This document shows, piece after piece, positions 9,419 to 19,800 of a stretch of 64,000 bases of DNA. Numbering within the stretch: position 1 is the first letter of the stretch; each line of letters begins with the position of its first letter. Below the pieces are notes generated by a model. That model had not been told where the DNA came from, made no database searches, and saw only the letters and a list, made by a program, of their open reading frames with translations. Location: the NCBI GenBank assembly GCA_043799565.1, contig JAZDNP010000008.1, positions 9,553 through 73,552 of the forward strand, written 5' to 3'. The stretch comes from Candidatus Brennerbacteria bacterium (GTDB lineage Bacteria; Patescibacteriota; Minisyncoccia; UBA6257; GWB1-50-10). The position numbers and the translations under genes are program-made.

Positions 9419-9898
9419 TTAGGAATTTATAATAACCTCAACCTTTCTCCCTTTCGGTCCCGGCACCGCACCGCGGATAAAGAGAAGCTGTTCGTCTTTT
9501 TTAATGTCGGCAATCGTAAGATTCTTCACCGTAACCCGCGCATTCCCCATATGGCCCGCCATTTTGCGTCCGGGAAGCACGCGCTGTGGCGCGGTAGGAC
9601 CCAAAGAGCCCGGCGCGCGAAGACGATCCTTCTGTCCGTGGGTTTTCGGACCCCCATGAAAGCCGTGGCGCTTCACTACGCCCTGGAACCCTTTCCCTTT
9701 GCTCGTGCCGCTCACTGCCACCTCCTTTCCCTCGGTCAGCATATCCCACGCGTCGGCGGGAACGGAATCGGAAACCTTAAGTACGGTGACGGGCACCGCC
9801 TCGTCGCCTTTCCAGATCGTCGTCATGTTTAGTTTGGTTGCCGCGATGTTCGCCATAATAAAAACACCCGCTTTAGGCGGGTTGTTTCGGTGTTTCAC
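9419..9898 (-). CDS. rplC: 50S ribosomal protein L3
   Basis: L3 core (TKLNMTTIWKGDEAVPVTVLKV, GKGFQGVVKRHGF, GHMGNARVTVKNL). GTG start at 9898 preceded by GGAGG 6 nt upstream; an alternative ATG at 9856 would give a shorter protein. Confidence 0.85.
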   Translation of the reverse strand: MKHRNNPPKAGVFIMANIAATKLNMTTIWKGDEAVPVTVLKVSDSVPADAWDMLTEGKEVAVSGTSKGKGFQGVVKRHGFHGGPKTHGQKDRLRAPGSLGPTAPQRVLPGRKMAGHMGNARVTVKNLTIADIKKDEQLLFIRGAVPGPKGRKVEVIINS

Positions 9899-9991
9899 GA
9901 GTGCCTCCTAAAGCCCGATAATCCTAACCGAAATGGGCAAAAGCGTCAACCCCCATCACCAACAAAAAGCCGCCTTGCGGCGGCCTTTTGT

Positions 9992-10324
9992 TTATCCCAT
10001 TTTTATCTCCACATCCACGCCCGCGGGAAGATTCAAATCTGAGAGTGATTCAACCGTTTTAGGGCTGGGGTTCATGATGTCCAAAAGACGCTTGTGTACG
10101 CGGAGTTCAAACGCCTCGCGCGATTTCTTGTGCACGAAGGTCGAACGGTTCACGGTGTACTTTTTGAACTCCGTGGGGAGTGGAGTCGGACCCACCACCT
10201 CGCCCCCCTGCCGCCGAATCGCTTCAACGATTTGGCGGACCGAATTGTCGATGAGCTTCGCGTCGTATGACTTCACACGAAGACGAATGCGCTCCTTGCG
10301 AAGTTCCACGTCTTTTTTTGCCAT
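9992..10324 (-). CDS. rpsJ: 30S ribosomal protein S10
   Basis: 110 aa, canonical S10 (RIRLRVKSYD...LPAGVDVEIK). Confidence 0.95.
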   Translation of the reverse strand: MAKKDVELRKERIRLRVKSYDAKLIDNSVRQIVEAIRRQGGEVVGPTPLPTEFKKYTVNRSTFVHKKSREAFELRVHKRLLDIMNPSPKTVESLSDLNLPAGVDVEIKMG

Positions 10325-11523
10325 TACTTGGAAATCTTCGTCACCGCACCTGCGCCCACGGTCTTGCCTCCTTCACGGATAGCGAAACGCTGTTTCTCTT
10401 CAAGCGCGACAGGTGCGATAAGTTTCACCGAGATAGACACGGTGTCACCCGGCATCACCATTTCAACGCCCGCGGGAAGAATGACCTCGCCCGTGACGTC
10501 GGTCGTCCGAATGTAGAACTGCGGCTTGTATCCCTTGAAGAACGGCGTGTGACGCCCTCCTTCCTCTTTAGAGAGCACGTAGACCTCTGCGTCAAATTCA
10601 GTGTGGGGAGTGACCGAGCCGGGCTTCGCAATAACTTGCCCACGCTCCACGTCCTCTTTCTTCAAACCACGGAGAAGGATACCAACATTGTCGCCTGCAC
10701 GCGCCTCATCCAAGGTCTTCTGGAACATTTCAACACCCGTTACCACCGTCTTCTGGGTGGGTTTCAAACCGATGATTTCAACTTCCTCGTTCACTTTGAG
10801 GATTCCGCGCTCCGCACGACCCGTGCAGACCGTCCCACGACCCTCAATGGAGAAAATGTCTTCGATAGGCATAAGGAACGGCTTTTCCGTCTCACGAACC
10901 GGCTCCGGAATGTAATCGTCCAAGGCCTTCACGAGTTCCATGATGGGCTTCGCCGCTTCGTCGTCTGCCGACTTGGACTCAAGCGCCTTCAGGGCCGACC
11001 CGCGAATAATCGGGGTTGCGTCGCCATCGTAGTGATACTTCTTCAAAAGCTCACGAACCTCGGATTCAACGAGGTCTACAAGCTCCTTATCGTCCACCAT
11101 ATCAACCTTGTTCAAAAACACCACGATCTTCGGCACGCCGACCTGATATGCGAGCAGAATGTGCTCACGCGTTTGCGGCATAGGACCGTCCGCGGCTGAA
11201 ACCACGAGAATAGCACCGTCCATCTGGGCGGCACCCGTGATCATGTTCTTGATGTAGTCCGCGTGTCCCGGCGCATCGATGTGCGCGTAGTGACGCTTCT
11301 CGGACTCATACTCGGAGTGGTGAAGTGCGATCGTGATACCGCGCGCCTTTTCTTCCGGCGCGTTGTCGATCTGGTCCACCTTCTCCTCCTTCTTCGTCAG
11401 ACCTTTCATGAAGAGCACGTGCGTGATGGCCGCGGTAAGAGTGGTCTTGCCGTGGTCAACGTGGCCGATGGTCCCCACGTTCACGTGAGGCTTCGTCCGT
11501 TCGAACTTTGCTTTCTCTGCCAT
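10324..11523 (-). CDS. tuf: Elongation factor Tu
   Basis: 399 aa; [23 protein letters not shown]-motifs; full-length EF-Tu. Confidence 0.97.
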   Translation of the reverse strand: MAEKAKFERTKPHVNVGTIGHVDHGKTTLTAAITHVLFMKGLTKKEEKVDQIDNAPEEKARGITIALHHSEYESEKRHYAHIDAPGHADYIKNMITGAAQMDGAILVVSAADGPMPQTREHILLAYQVGVPKIVVFLNKVDMVDDKELVDLVESEVRELLKKYHYDGDATPIIRGSALKALESKSADDEAAKPIMELVKALDDYIPEPVRETEKPFLMPIEDIFSIEGRGTVCTGRAERGILKVNEEVEIIGLKPTQKTVVTGVEMFQKTLDEARAGDNVGILLRGLKKEDVERGQVIAKPGSVTPHTEFDAEVYVLSKEEGGRHTPFFKGYKPQFYIRTTDVTGEVILPAGVEMVMPGDTVSISVKLIAPVALEEKQRFAIREGGKTVGAGAVTKISK

Positions 11524-11630
11524 ATGCTTAATTTATGTTACGAGAAAATATTTACCCCCCCTTTTCGACTTTAAGGAGGCCTTAATTGGCTTGAATATCT
11601 TCGCGTATCCCGTAAAAGGTGTCAAGGGGA

Positions 11631-12704
11631 TCATTCCAACCCCTCCAAGAGGTCATCGAGCTCATCTTCCAATCCTGCATCGTCCAAAAGGTTGTCTAAA
11701 TCCTCAAGGTCAGTACGGCGAGAACTAGAAGAAATCAATTTGAATGTGGAAAGAATTTGCGCATATTCTCCCTTAACTTCAGAGGCGTCTTCGCCAAAAA
11801 ACTTTACTGTATAAAATTTTCCATCGTACGACGTCCACAAAACGCGTGAAGCAGGAATGCTCAACACACCATCTGTGAATGGTTCATATATGCTCTTGTA
11901 ATAAATCTCGCGTGCGTCCAGCCAATCAATTTTGTAAGCAGAGGCGATACCATTGTTACCGGCGTCATTTCCAAGCGCCGGCACGTCGGCTGTAACTGTT
12001 ACCGAGAAACCTCCTCCGCTGATGGGATTTGTTATTATAAACTGCTTATCCCAAGTTGGATTTAACCTCCCATTCCAACCAACCGGGTATTTCACCTCAT
12101 ATCCGAGTTGATCGTTCCGATACTTTTTCCAATCGGCAGAGACTGTAGCGGACGCGCCTTCATCCTCATCGTCATTCAATAATCCTTCAAACTCTTCATC
12201 AAAGATATCGTCCAGCTTCTCGAGCTGCTTTTTGGATTCCTCAAGCGCACGTTCAATGCCTTCCCTGGCCGATTCGGATACTTTCTCCAAGTTTCGTTCA
12301 AGCACCATTACGTGCTTTTGTGTTGCTTCTTGCGCCTTCACCTTGAGCGCTTCTCCTGCTTCCTCTCCTTTTTCTTTCAGCTCTTCTGCTTTTTGAAGCG
12401 CACGATTTAGCTGATTCTCATATTTTTCAAGCGTCCGTTCAGCGATATCCTCTTTGCCCTTCTCAAGCATCTTTTCATACTCCGCGAGGCGCACTTCGGC
12501 CAAATGGAGATATTGCTCCGCTTTCTTCTCTGCGCCGAAGGTGAAGAAAAGCTGGACGCCCTCCTTCCAAGATTTCAGGAAGTAGAGTGGGCTGTCGGGG
12601 AGCGTACCGGGGTCCGGCAAAGTTGAACTTGCAACCTGTGCCGACACGACCGAGCCAACAGTAAATGCCACGAGAAGCACGGACACTGCAAGGAATTGTT
12701 TCAT
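11631..12704 (-). CDS. Secreted protein with DUF5667-like N-domain, coiled-coil, and C-terminal domain shared with the neighbouring gene
   Basis: Signal peptide; LPDSPLYFLKSWKEG...coiled coil; WKKYRNDQLGYEVKYPVGW motif; ILSTFKLIS near C-terminus; acidic tail. Confidence 0.75.
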   Translation of the reverse strand: MKQFLAVSVLLVAFTVGSVVSAQVASSTLPDPGTLPDSPLYFLKSWKEGVQLFFTFGAEKKAEQYLHLAEVRLAEYEKMLEKGKEDIAERTLEKYENQLNRALQKAEELKEKGEEAGEALKVKAQEATQKHVMVLERNLEKVSESAREGIERALEESKKQLEKLDDIFDEEFEGLLNDDEDEGASATVSADWKKYRNDQLGYEVKYPVGWNGRLNPTWDKQFIITNPISGGGFSVTVTADVPALGNDAGNNGIASAYKIDWLDAREIYYKSIYEPFTDGVLSIPASRVLWTSYDGKFYTVKFFGEDASEVKGEYAQILSTFKLISSSSRRTDLEDLDNLLDDAGLEDELDDLLEGLE

Positions 12705-12723
12705 GTGCTAATTATAATAAAAA

Positions 12724-13713
12724 TTACCGTGCTTTACACACCGTAAACTTTCCCCACCCGTAATAGGTATAGATAGTGCCGCCAAGATTTTTACAAATCG
12801 TTTCGTCGGTAACGCCTTCATAAACTTTTATCGTGTATTCCTCCGCCGGTTTGGGGCAGTAATCACTGCAGGCAAAATGATCGATAATGCGCGGCTTAAC
12901 TTGAGCACCCGGGGAAATGAATTTGAAGGTGGAAAGAATCGTATTAAAAATCGTTGGATCGTATTCAAATGATCGAATGTCTGGTCCTTGCACCGACATT
13001 TGAACGGTAATCATTTTGCCGTCCTTAAAAAGTTGATATTCGTCAAAATAACTCTCACCGCAAGGCCCTCCTGAGGTCCGGGGCAAATAATGCTTTGCAA
13101 CGGTACCTAAAAGATCCACGTACTCATATGCTACGGGAGCTGTGGGATCAATGATCTTATTTTCAAAATCTTGCCTTCGCTTCCCCAAATCTACTCTCAC
13201 TAACTGGCCGATACTCGTAGGGCGAGGAACGCCGGTCATATCTCCGAACGAAGTGATGTATGCGAACGTCGAGGACACCATATCGTGAACTGCCACCCGA
13301 AAAACATGACGATTATTCAACTCATCAACGGAGGAAAGGTGTATGCGAAGATCGGCGAGTTGACCATTAACAAAACAACTTCCGCCTTCCCAATAGATCG
13401 GCGCAACATTTAATTCTTTCTCTAAATCACGCGCACTAAGATTTTCCGAGATTTCGGATTGGAAACTCGCTGGATATTTGAATTCAAGCCCATACCGCTC
13501 GTTGCGGTAGGTTTCCCAATTCTCCAATTGCGAATAATACTCGGACTCTGATTGATGAATTGATTCAAAGCCCTCCGGAAAGTCGGCAGCTCCATCGGAT
13601 GGTGCCGAGGGGACATTTTCCTGCGGTGTAAGCACCAAATATCCTCCCACTGCGACCGCAACGGCGAAAATAATGATAAGTGGAGCCAACGCAAAACCAC
13701 TTCTTTGGTTCAT
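12724..13713 (-). CDS. Membrane-anchored secreted protein, paralogous C-terminal domain (WETYRNERYGLEFKYP ... ILSTFKFIS), Cys-rich tail
   Basis: N-terminal TM anchor, same two motifs as the downstream gene, 4 Cys in last 50 aa; TATAAT 6 nt upstream of the ATG. Confidence 0.75.
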   Translation of the reverse strand: MNQRSGFALAPLIIIFAVAVAVGGYLVLTPQENVPSAPSDGAADFPEGFESIHQSESEYYSQLENWETYRNERYGLEFKYPASFQSEISENLSARDLEKELNVAPIYWEGGSCFVNGQLADLRIHLSSVDELNNRHVFRVAVHDMVSSTFAYITSFGDMTGVPRPTSIGQLVRVDLGKRRQDFENKIIDPTAPVAYEYVDLLGTVAKHYLPRTSGGPCGESYFDEYQLFKDGKMITVQMSVQGPDIRSFEYDPTIFNTILSTFKFISPGAQVKPRIIDHFACSDYCPKPAEEYTIKVYEGVTDETICKNLGGTIYTYYGWGKFTVCKAR

Positions 13714-13775
13714 GCTCTTATTATACCCCCTAACAAAAACAGCGCGTGATGTGCTCTCGGTGCAGGCGGCCGGTT

Positions 13776-15884
13776 CTATTTCTTCGTCCTTCCTTCTATC
13801 ACCGCCGTGGCTACGTTCCCTGGAACTTCGTCGTAGTGGGAAAACTCCATGGTGAATGACCCACGTCCTTGCGTCATGGAGCGGAGGTTCGTCACGTACC
13901 CGAACATTTCGGCCAAAGGCACATCCGCGTCTATCACACGCGCCATACCGCGCTCTCCCATCGCGGTGATTTTCGCGCGGCGTGAGGAAAGGTCGCCCGT
14001 TACGTCGCCCAAGAATTGGTCGGGCGCGATAGCCTGCACTTTCATGATGGGCTCAAGAAGCACCACCTTCGCTTGCTTCGCCGCTTCCTGGAGCGCCATA
14101 GATGCAGCGATTTTGAACGCGAATTCCGAAGAATCCACATCGTGGTATGAACCGTCATAGAGCGTCACTTTGAGGTCCGTCATTGGGTACCCGGCGAGCA
14201 CACCTTTCACAACGGCCTCTTCCAAGCCCTTCTCCACCGGCGCGATGAATTCCTGCGGGATGGTACCTCCCTTAATCTCGTCCACGAACTCATAGCCCTT
14301 GCCGCGTTCCATCGGCTCTATTCTTATCTTCACGTGGCCGTACTGACCTTTGCCACCGGACTGGCGAATGTACTTCCCTTCTGCGTCCGCTTTGCCTTTG
14401 ATGGTCTCTTTGTATGCCACCTGCGGACGACCGACGTTCGCTTCCACGTTGAATTCCCGCTTCATGCGGTCCACGATGATTTCCAAATGAAGTTCTCCCA
14501 TGCCGGCAATAAGCGTCTCGCCCGTATCGGGGTCGCCCGACACGCGGAACGTGGGGTCTTCCTCCGCAAGACGATGGAGCGCAAGTCCCATCTTCTCCTG
14601 GTCGGCCTTCGTCTTTGGTTCAATGCGAATTGTGATGACCGGCTCGGGGAATGTAATGCGCTCAAGCACGATGGGGTTTGCGGGATCCACCAAACTGTCT
14701 CCTGTCGTAGTGTTTTTCAAGCCCACGATAGCGCCGATGTCGCCCGCGTTTATTTCATCCACCTCTTCCCGATGGTTCGCGTGCATGAGCATGATGCGGC
14801 CTACGCGCTCCTGCTCATTTTTCGTTGAATTTAAAATATAGCTCCCTCGCTTCATCGCACCGGAGTAGACACGGAAGAATGTGAGCGACCCGACGAACGG
14901 GTCCGCCGCGATTTTGAACGCAAGTGCCGCAAACGGCGCATCGTCAGATGGTGCGCGCTCTTCCTCGGCGTGCGTGTCCGGGTGCGTCCCTTTCACCGGC
15001 GGAAGATCAACGGGAGAAGGGAGGTAGTCCACCACCGCGTCCAAAACCAACTGTACGCCTTTGTTCTTCAACGCCGAACCGCAAAGGATGGGCACGAGGC
15101 GTACTTTCAAGGTCGCGGCGCGAAGCGCTTTCTTCAAATCCGAAAGCGGAGGTTCTTTCCCTTCCAAATACTGGTGGAGCAATGTGTCGTCGGTCTCCGC
15201 AATATGCTCAATAAGATCGTGGCGATACTTTTCCACCTGCTCTTTCATATCCGCGGGAATTTCTCCCTTTACAACCCTCTCTCCCTTCTCGCCCTCAAAG
15301 CGATATGCCGTGCGGGTCAAAAGGTCCACGACGCCTTCAAACGTTCCCTCAATGCCGATGGGAAGCTGGAGGATAGCAAGATTTGTGGTGAGCCGCTCAC
15401 GGATGGATTGGATATCATGCTCAAAGTTCGCGCCCATGCGGTCCAACTTGTTGATGAAACATACGCGAGGTACGTGGTATTCGTCCGCGTAGCGCCAGTT
15501 GGTTTCCGATTGGGGCTCCACGCCCGCAACACCGTCAAAAACCACCACCGCGCCATCAAGTACACGGAGTGAACGTTTTACCTCCACAGTGAAGTCAATG
15601 TGGCCGGGGGTATCAATGAGGTTGATACGATGCTCGTGTGCTTTGTCGCCTGCCGCATACGTCGGGGTCCAGTAACACGTGGTCGCGGCTGAAGTAATGG
15701 TAATGCCACGTTCACGCTCCTGTTCCATCCAATCCATTATCGTGTCACCTTCATGCACTTCGCCGATCTTGTGCGACACGCCGGTATAAAAAAGAATGCG
15801 CTCGGAGACCGTAGTCTTCCCCGCATCAATGTGTGCGATGACGCCGATGTCGCGCACACGTTCCATGGGGTATTTTCGGGCCAT
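13776..15884 (-). CDS. fusA: Elongation factor G
   Basis: 702 aa; [17 protein letters not shown], all five EF-G domains. Confidence 0.97.
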   Translation of the reverse strand: MARKYPMERVRDIGVIAHIDAGKTTVSERILFYTGVSHKIGEVHEGDTIMDWMEQERERGITITSAATTCYWTPTYAAGDKAHEHRINLIDTPGHIDFTVEVKRSLRVLDGAVVVFDGVAGVEPQSETNWRYADEYHVPRVCFINKLDRMGANFEHDIQSIRERLTTNLAILQLPIGIEGTFEGVVDLLTRTAYRFEGEKGERVVKGEIPADMKEQVEKYRHDLIEHIAETDDTLLHQYLEGKEPPLSDLKKALRAATLKVRLVPILCGSALKNKGVQLVLDAVVDYLPSPVDLPPVKGTHPDTHAEEERAPSDDAPFAALAFKIAADPFVGSLTFFRVYSGAMKRGSYILNSTKNEQERVGRIMLMHANHREEVDEINAGDIGAIVGLKNTTTGDSLVDPANPIVLERITFPEPVITIRIEPKTKADQEKMGLALHRLAEEDPTFRVSGDPDTGETLIAGMGELHLEIIVDRMKREFNVEANVGRPQVAYKETIKGKADAEGKYIRQSGGKGQYGHVKIRIEPMERGKGYEFVDEIKGGTIPQEFIAPVEKGLEEAVVKGVLAGYPMTDLKVTLYDGSYHDVDSSEFAFKIAASMALQEAAKQAKVVLLEPIMKVQAIAPDQFLGDVTGDLSSRRAKITAMGERGMARVIDADVPLAEMFGYVTNLRSMTQGRGSFTMEFSHYDEVPGNVATAVIEGRTKK

Positions 15885-15909
15885 AAACTAAAAAAGCGTT
15901 CGTTGAACC

Positions 15910-16380
15910 TTAACGGCGTAAAAGCGACGCAAAAGCGCGGTTCGCTTCCGCCATGCGGTGCATGTCCTGTTTCTTCTTGATAGCGCTCCCCTCGTTCTTT
16001 GCGGCGAGTACAAGCTCTTCCGCCAAACGGTCCGCCATCGGTTTTCCTTTCTTTCCGCGCGCCGCGGCAATAATCCACCGCGCGGCAAGATAGAACTTAC
16101 GCTCGGGGCGCACCTCCTGCGGTATCTGATAGTTCGCCCCACCCACGCGGCGCGACACCACTTCTACAAGCGGCGTGGCGTTTTCCAATGCGCGTTCAAA
16201 AACCTTTACGGGGTCCTCTTTGGTGATTTCCTTAACTTTTTCAAACGCGCCATACACAATACTTTCCGCCGTGGATTTCTTGCCGTCCTCCATCACGTAG
16301 TTCACAAAACGCGCGAGGTCCAACCGGGCATACTCGGGGTCGGCGCTACGCGAAGGACGTTTAAAATTTTTTCGTCTCAT
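15910..16380 (-). CDS. rpsG: 30S ribosomal protein S7
   Basis: 156 aa canonical S7. Confidence 0.95.
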   Translation of the reverse strand: MRRKNFKRPSRSADPEYARLDLARFVNYVMEDGKKSTAESIVYGAFEKVKEITKEDPVKVFERALENATPLVEVVSRRVGGANYQIPQEVRPERKFYLAARWIIAAARGKKGKPMADRLAEELVLAAKNEGSAIKKKQDMHRMAEANRAFASLLRR

Positions 16381-16389
16381 GCTTCTCTA

Positions 16390-16812
16390 TTATTTACCTG
16401 CTTTCGGGGTCTTCGCCCCGTACTTGGAGCGCTGTTGCCTGCGGTTCTCTACGCCGCCCGTGTCCAACACGCCACGCACGATGTGATATCGCACGCCTGG
16501 AAGGTCCTTCACGCGGCCCCCGCGGATCATAACGACCGAGTGCTCCTGCAAATTGTGACCTTCACCAGGAATGTACGCCGTTACCTCCATGCCGTTCGTG
16601 AGGCGAACACGCGCAACTTTACGCAAGGCCGAGTTAGGTTTCTTCGGCGTCGTGGTGAATACCTTCACACACACCCCACGCTTGAAAGGTGAGGGTGAGT
16701 TTACCGGCCGATTCTTCAGATAATTGAAATAGAAACCAAGCCCCGGGGTTTTGTCCTTCCTCGCGGTCCTTGAGCGACCCTTCTTAATGAGTTGGTTCAC
16801 TGTAGGCATCAA
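16390..16812 (-). CDS. rpsL: 30S ribosomal protein S12
   Basis: 140 aa; [19 protein letters not shown] signature. Confidence 0.96.
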   Translation of the reverse strand: MMPTVNQLIKKGRSRTARKDKTPGLGFYFNYLKNRPVNSPSPFKRGVCVKVFTTTPKKPNSALRKVARVRLTNGMEVTAYIPGEGHNLQEHSVVMIRGGRVKDLPGVRYHIVRGVLDTGGVENRRQQRSKYGAKTPKAGK

Positions 16813-16868
16813 AAAATGCGTGCTTCCACGCTGGAAAAGTATACCCTGCAGGGCTTTCGGAAGTCAAT

Positions 16869-17525
16869 TTATACGCCAAGGAAAAGGGAAACGATACGTA
16901 GGATGAGCGGCACGACAAGTTGAATGCCGAAAAAGATGAAGAAAAGAAGTATGAAAAATCCGTAGCGTTCAAGAAATGCGCGGAATTCGTATGCGCTCTG
17001 CGGCAGAAACCAAAAGAGCACCTTGGACCCGTCCAAGGGAGGGATGGGGACAAGATTGAAAACGGCAAGCCACACGTTCACGATAACAATCTGCGCTAAA
17101 AGCGAAGGGAACAATTCCCCTACCACCGCCGCTTCCCCCGGCCCCGGCGCAAAGAAACGAAAGAGAAGCCCGAAGACAAGCGCAATGAGAAGATTGGAAA
17201 CGGGTCCCGCCGCCGCGACTAATGCCGCGTCCCGCCCCGGATGTCGGAGATTTCTCGGGTCATACGGCACTGGTTTCGCCCATCCGAAAATAACGCCGCC
17301 GGGAAGGAGCGAGAGCATCAAAGGAAGTAACACCGAACCGAATGGGTCCAGATGTTTCAAAGGATTCAATGTAAGACGCCCCGCGAGGCGCGCGGTCGGA
17401 TCTCCAAGACGCTCTGCCACCACGCCGTGAGAAACTTCGTGGATAACGACAGAGAACACCAAGACGATGACGGAAAATACGACTTCCATACGAACCATCA
17501 TAAAACAAAAGAGCGCATAGGTCAT
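16869..17525 (-). CDS. Site-2 protease family (M50) zinc metalloprotease
   Basis: HEVSHG (HExxH) in a TM helix plus NLVPIPPLDG (LDG motif) in a polytopic 218-aa protein. Confidence 0.85.
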   Translation of the reverse strand: MTYALFCFMMVRMEVVFSVIVLVFSVVIHEVSHGVVAERLGDPTARLAGRLTLNPLKHLDPFGSVLLPLMLSLLPGGVIFGWAKPVPYDPRNLRHPGRDAALVAAAGPVSNLLIALVFGLLFRFFAPGPGEAAVVGELFPSLLAQIVIVNVWLAVFNLVPIPPLDGSKVLFWFLPQSAYEFRAFLERYGFFILLFFIFFGIQLVVPLILRIVSLFLGV

Positions 17526-17554
17526 TAATCTGACCTATGCGCCCCGAATGAAGC

Positions 17555-18877
17555 TCACTTCATAAGAACCATCTTCCGCGTGAGCGTTGCACCGTTCGCC
17601 CGTAAGCGATAGATGTACGTTCCCGAAGGAAGCGCTGATGCATCGAAGTGGATAGAATGCGTCCCTGCCGCACGTTCTCCTTCCGCAACCGTTGCGACCG
17701 CTTCGCCGAGCATATTGTACGCAATGAGCGAAACAGAGCCGGCCGTCGGCAGTGCGAACGTGATGGCCGTGGTCGGATTGAACGGATTCGGATAGTTCTG
17801 TCCGAGCGAGAAATCGCTCGGCGTAGCGGACAGATCGTCCGCCGCCGTGGTTTGCCCAACCTTCTCTACCACCAACGGAACGCCTTCGTTCACCTTCCCG
17901 GTGATCTCCAGATCCGCGATTCGCGCACGAGGAATGAACAAGAGTTCTCCGTCGCCCGCAAGCGGTTCCAGGTTCACGAAACCGAGCCGCGCCTCCTTAT
18001 CACTCCCGCGAACGATCTTGGAAAGTGTTCGCCGGAGAAGCGGTTGTGATTCGAGCGTGAAGGCCGTCTTTCCCTTAATAGTCAGGTCCGCGCTTACCAG
18101 CGACGAACCGTCCACCGTTCGGAGAGAGACCCCGCCTTCCACTTCCTTCGCGACGAGATGGATTTTCCCGAATCCGCCACTCACAGAAATTGAGGACAAA
18201 TTCTCGTAGTCCTCCACGTCCAGGCGATACGAGGGATATGCGACGCGGTAGAGGATCTGATAACAATCCCACACATCTACCACTCCATCGCCCGACACAT
18301 CCGCACGTAGAGATTCATCTTCCGTGAATGCGAAGTTGGTATCGGGAATTGCGATATCGATGCCTCGAACGACGTCCAACACGGTGAGTGTATCGTCTCC
18401 GTTCACATCGCCCGGTCGGCCGTAGTTCCCCGCGATGACCGAGCCGCCGATGAACGCCGGCACGATGGTATCGTTCAGAAATACGCGGGGTGTAGGAAAC
18501 GCTACCGCGGTCCCCGGTGTCACATAGCCTGCAAGACGCACCCGGAACGAACCCAATACCTCTGACCCCGTGAAAGCATTCTTGGACGCGAGTACGATCC
18601 GATTGGTGTCCTGGGTAACATATTGCGCGGTGATCCAATTCGGGAATGCCTCCCAATTCAGCCAAAACCACGATCGTGGCGCAAGGGAATCGGACCCGTA
18701 GGCAAGCAGAAGATCGATGCCACGAACAGGCACCGAGGTCGTGAGCTTTGCGCTCACCCGGATGATCGTTCCTGGGATGGCTTTCCGGTCCCCGATGTGG
18801 AACGACGCAAGCGGCGCCTGTGCGAGTGCGACAGACGGAATGACCGCCGCGATGATCAATGCGAAAAGTGTTCGCAT
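17555..18877 (-). CDS. Secreted protein with dockerin-like repeat pair and C-terminal T9SS-type (Por_Secre_tail-like) sorting domain
   Basis: Signal peptide; DVNGDDTLTVLD and DVSGDGVVDVWD dockerin-like calcium-binding repeats; C-terminal LGQNYPNPFNPTTAITFALP...SGTYIYRLRANGATLTRKMVLMK matches the T9SS CTD consensus. Confidence 0.75.
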   Translation of the reverse strand: MRTLFALIIAAVIPSVALAQAPLASFHIGDRKAIPGTIIRVSAKLTTSVPVRGIDLLLAYGSDSLAPRSWFWLNWEAFPNWITAQYVTQDTNRIVLASKNAFTGSEVLGSFRVRLAGYVTPGTAVAFPTPRVFLNDTIVPAFIGGSVIAGNYGRPGDVNGDDTLTVLDVVRGIDIAIPDTNFAFTEDESLRADVSGDGVVDVWDCYQILYRVAYPSYRLDVEDYENLSSISVSGGFGKIHLVAKEVEGGVSLRTVDGSSLVSADLTIKGKTAFTLESQPLLRRTLSKIVRGSDKEARLGFVNLEPLAGDGELLFIPRARIADLEITGKVNEGVPLVVEKVGQTTAADDLSATPSDFSLGQNYPNPFNPTTAITFALPTAGSVSLIAYNMLGEAVATVAEGERAAGTHSIHFDASALPSGTYIYRLRANGATLTRKMVLMK

Positions 18878-19030
18878 GGTAGTACCTCCCTGACAGAATG
18901 GAACATTAGTGAATTAGATGCGAAAATGCTGGATATATATATACTACAGAAGCTCTCAAATGTCAATATCTCCCCTTTTATCAGTGGAATATTGACGCAA
19001 TAAAAAATGAACGGTATTCTTCTCATTACT

Positions 19031-19243
19031 ATGCGTGAATGTGCACGGTGCGGAAAATCATACAAGGGCGGCGGGACGCGCAAGCTTCTCCGCGGCCACT
19101 ACAACCCGACTGCGTACGGGCAAAAGAAAGCTAACCTCCAGTGGACGCGCTCGTTCATTTCGGGAAAGCGCCTACTGCTTTGCACGCGGTGTTTGCGCAC
19201 TATCACACGGAAGCCAGCGAGAAAGAAAGCGGTTAAAAAATAA
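19031..19243 (+). CDS. rpmB: 50S ribosomal protein L28
   Basis: MRECARCGKSYKGG...LLLCTRCLRTI (L28 zinc-ribbon pattern); ORF track starts at 19007 but the L28 N-terminus aligns to the ATG at 19031; TTGACG-17-TATTCT promoter just upstream. Confidence 0.85.
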   Translation: MRECARCGKSYKGGGTRKLLRGHYNPTAYGQKKANLQWTRSFISGKRLLLCTRCLRTITRKPARKKAVKK

Positions 19244-19244
19244 A

Positions 19245-19270
19245 GGAGCGCGGTGCGCTCCTTTTTTGTT
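19245..19270 (+). terminator. Rho-independent terminator after rpmB
   Basis: GGAGCGC-GGT-GCGCTCC stem followed by TTTTTTGTT, 2 nt after the rpmB stop. Confidence 0.8.
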
Positions 19271-19284
19271 CTCATCATCCGCTT

Positions 19285-19461
19285 CACATGTCGGTGAAGC
19301 CGAGACGAATATCCGATTTCTTCCGCCTCTCAAATTCCTCCTTCACCGCTTCAAGCTGCTTTTTGGGGAGAAGCGGCCAGCGGAGAAGAATATCGAAAAG
19401 TTTCCCCTTCCCTCGAAGAGTTCCCTTTTCTTTGGTGGACGAAACGTCATGCTCTTCCATA
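19285..19461 (-). CDS. Small hypothetical protein (58 aa)
   Basis: ATG preceded by AGGGGGA SD at 4-nt spacing; below ORF-track length cutoff; no recognisable domain. Confidence 0.3.
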
Positions 19462-19654
19462 GTTCCCCCTAGTAGTGCGCGACTGGATAAATCCTGGGAC
19501 TAATTCGAATATAGCGACATGGAGTTGCGGGGTCAAATCAATCGCGGTATGCTGGAGTCAAATCATTTTGTTCCTCACTACGGGCCGTAAGCAATTGCTT
19601 TCGTCCCGGGCGTTCGGATAAAATGGTTGCGTCCAATCATTTTACTCCTCACTT

Positions 19655-19728
19655 CGGGCCGTAGTATACCGGCAGTACGCATGCATGGGGTGCATGTAGA
19701 CCGGGTTCAATTCCCGGCGGCCCGACCA
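19655..19728 (+). tRNA. tRNA-Pro (anticodon GGG)
   Basis: Manual cloverleaf: acceptor CGGGCCG/CGGCCCG, D-stem GTAT/GTAC, anticodon stem CATGC/GCATG with loop ATGGGGT (U33, G37), T-arm CCGGG-TTCAATT-CCCGG, discriminator A, encoded CCA. Confidence 0.85.
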
Positions 19729-19800
19729 ACAACAACCTATCGCCGAGAATTGAACGGAACTTGCGCGCTCGCGAGCGAACAAAATCGGGAAACAAAAAAC

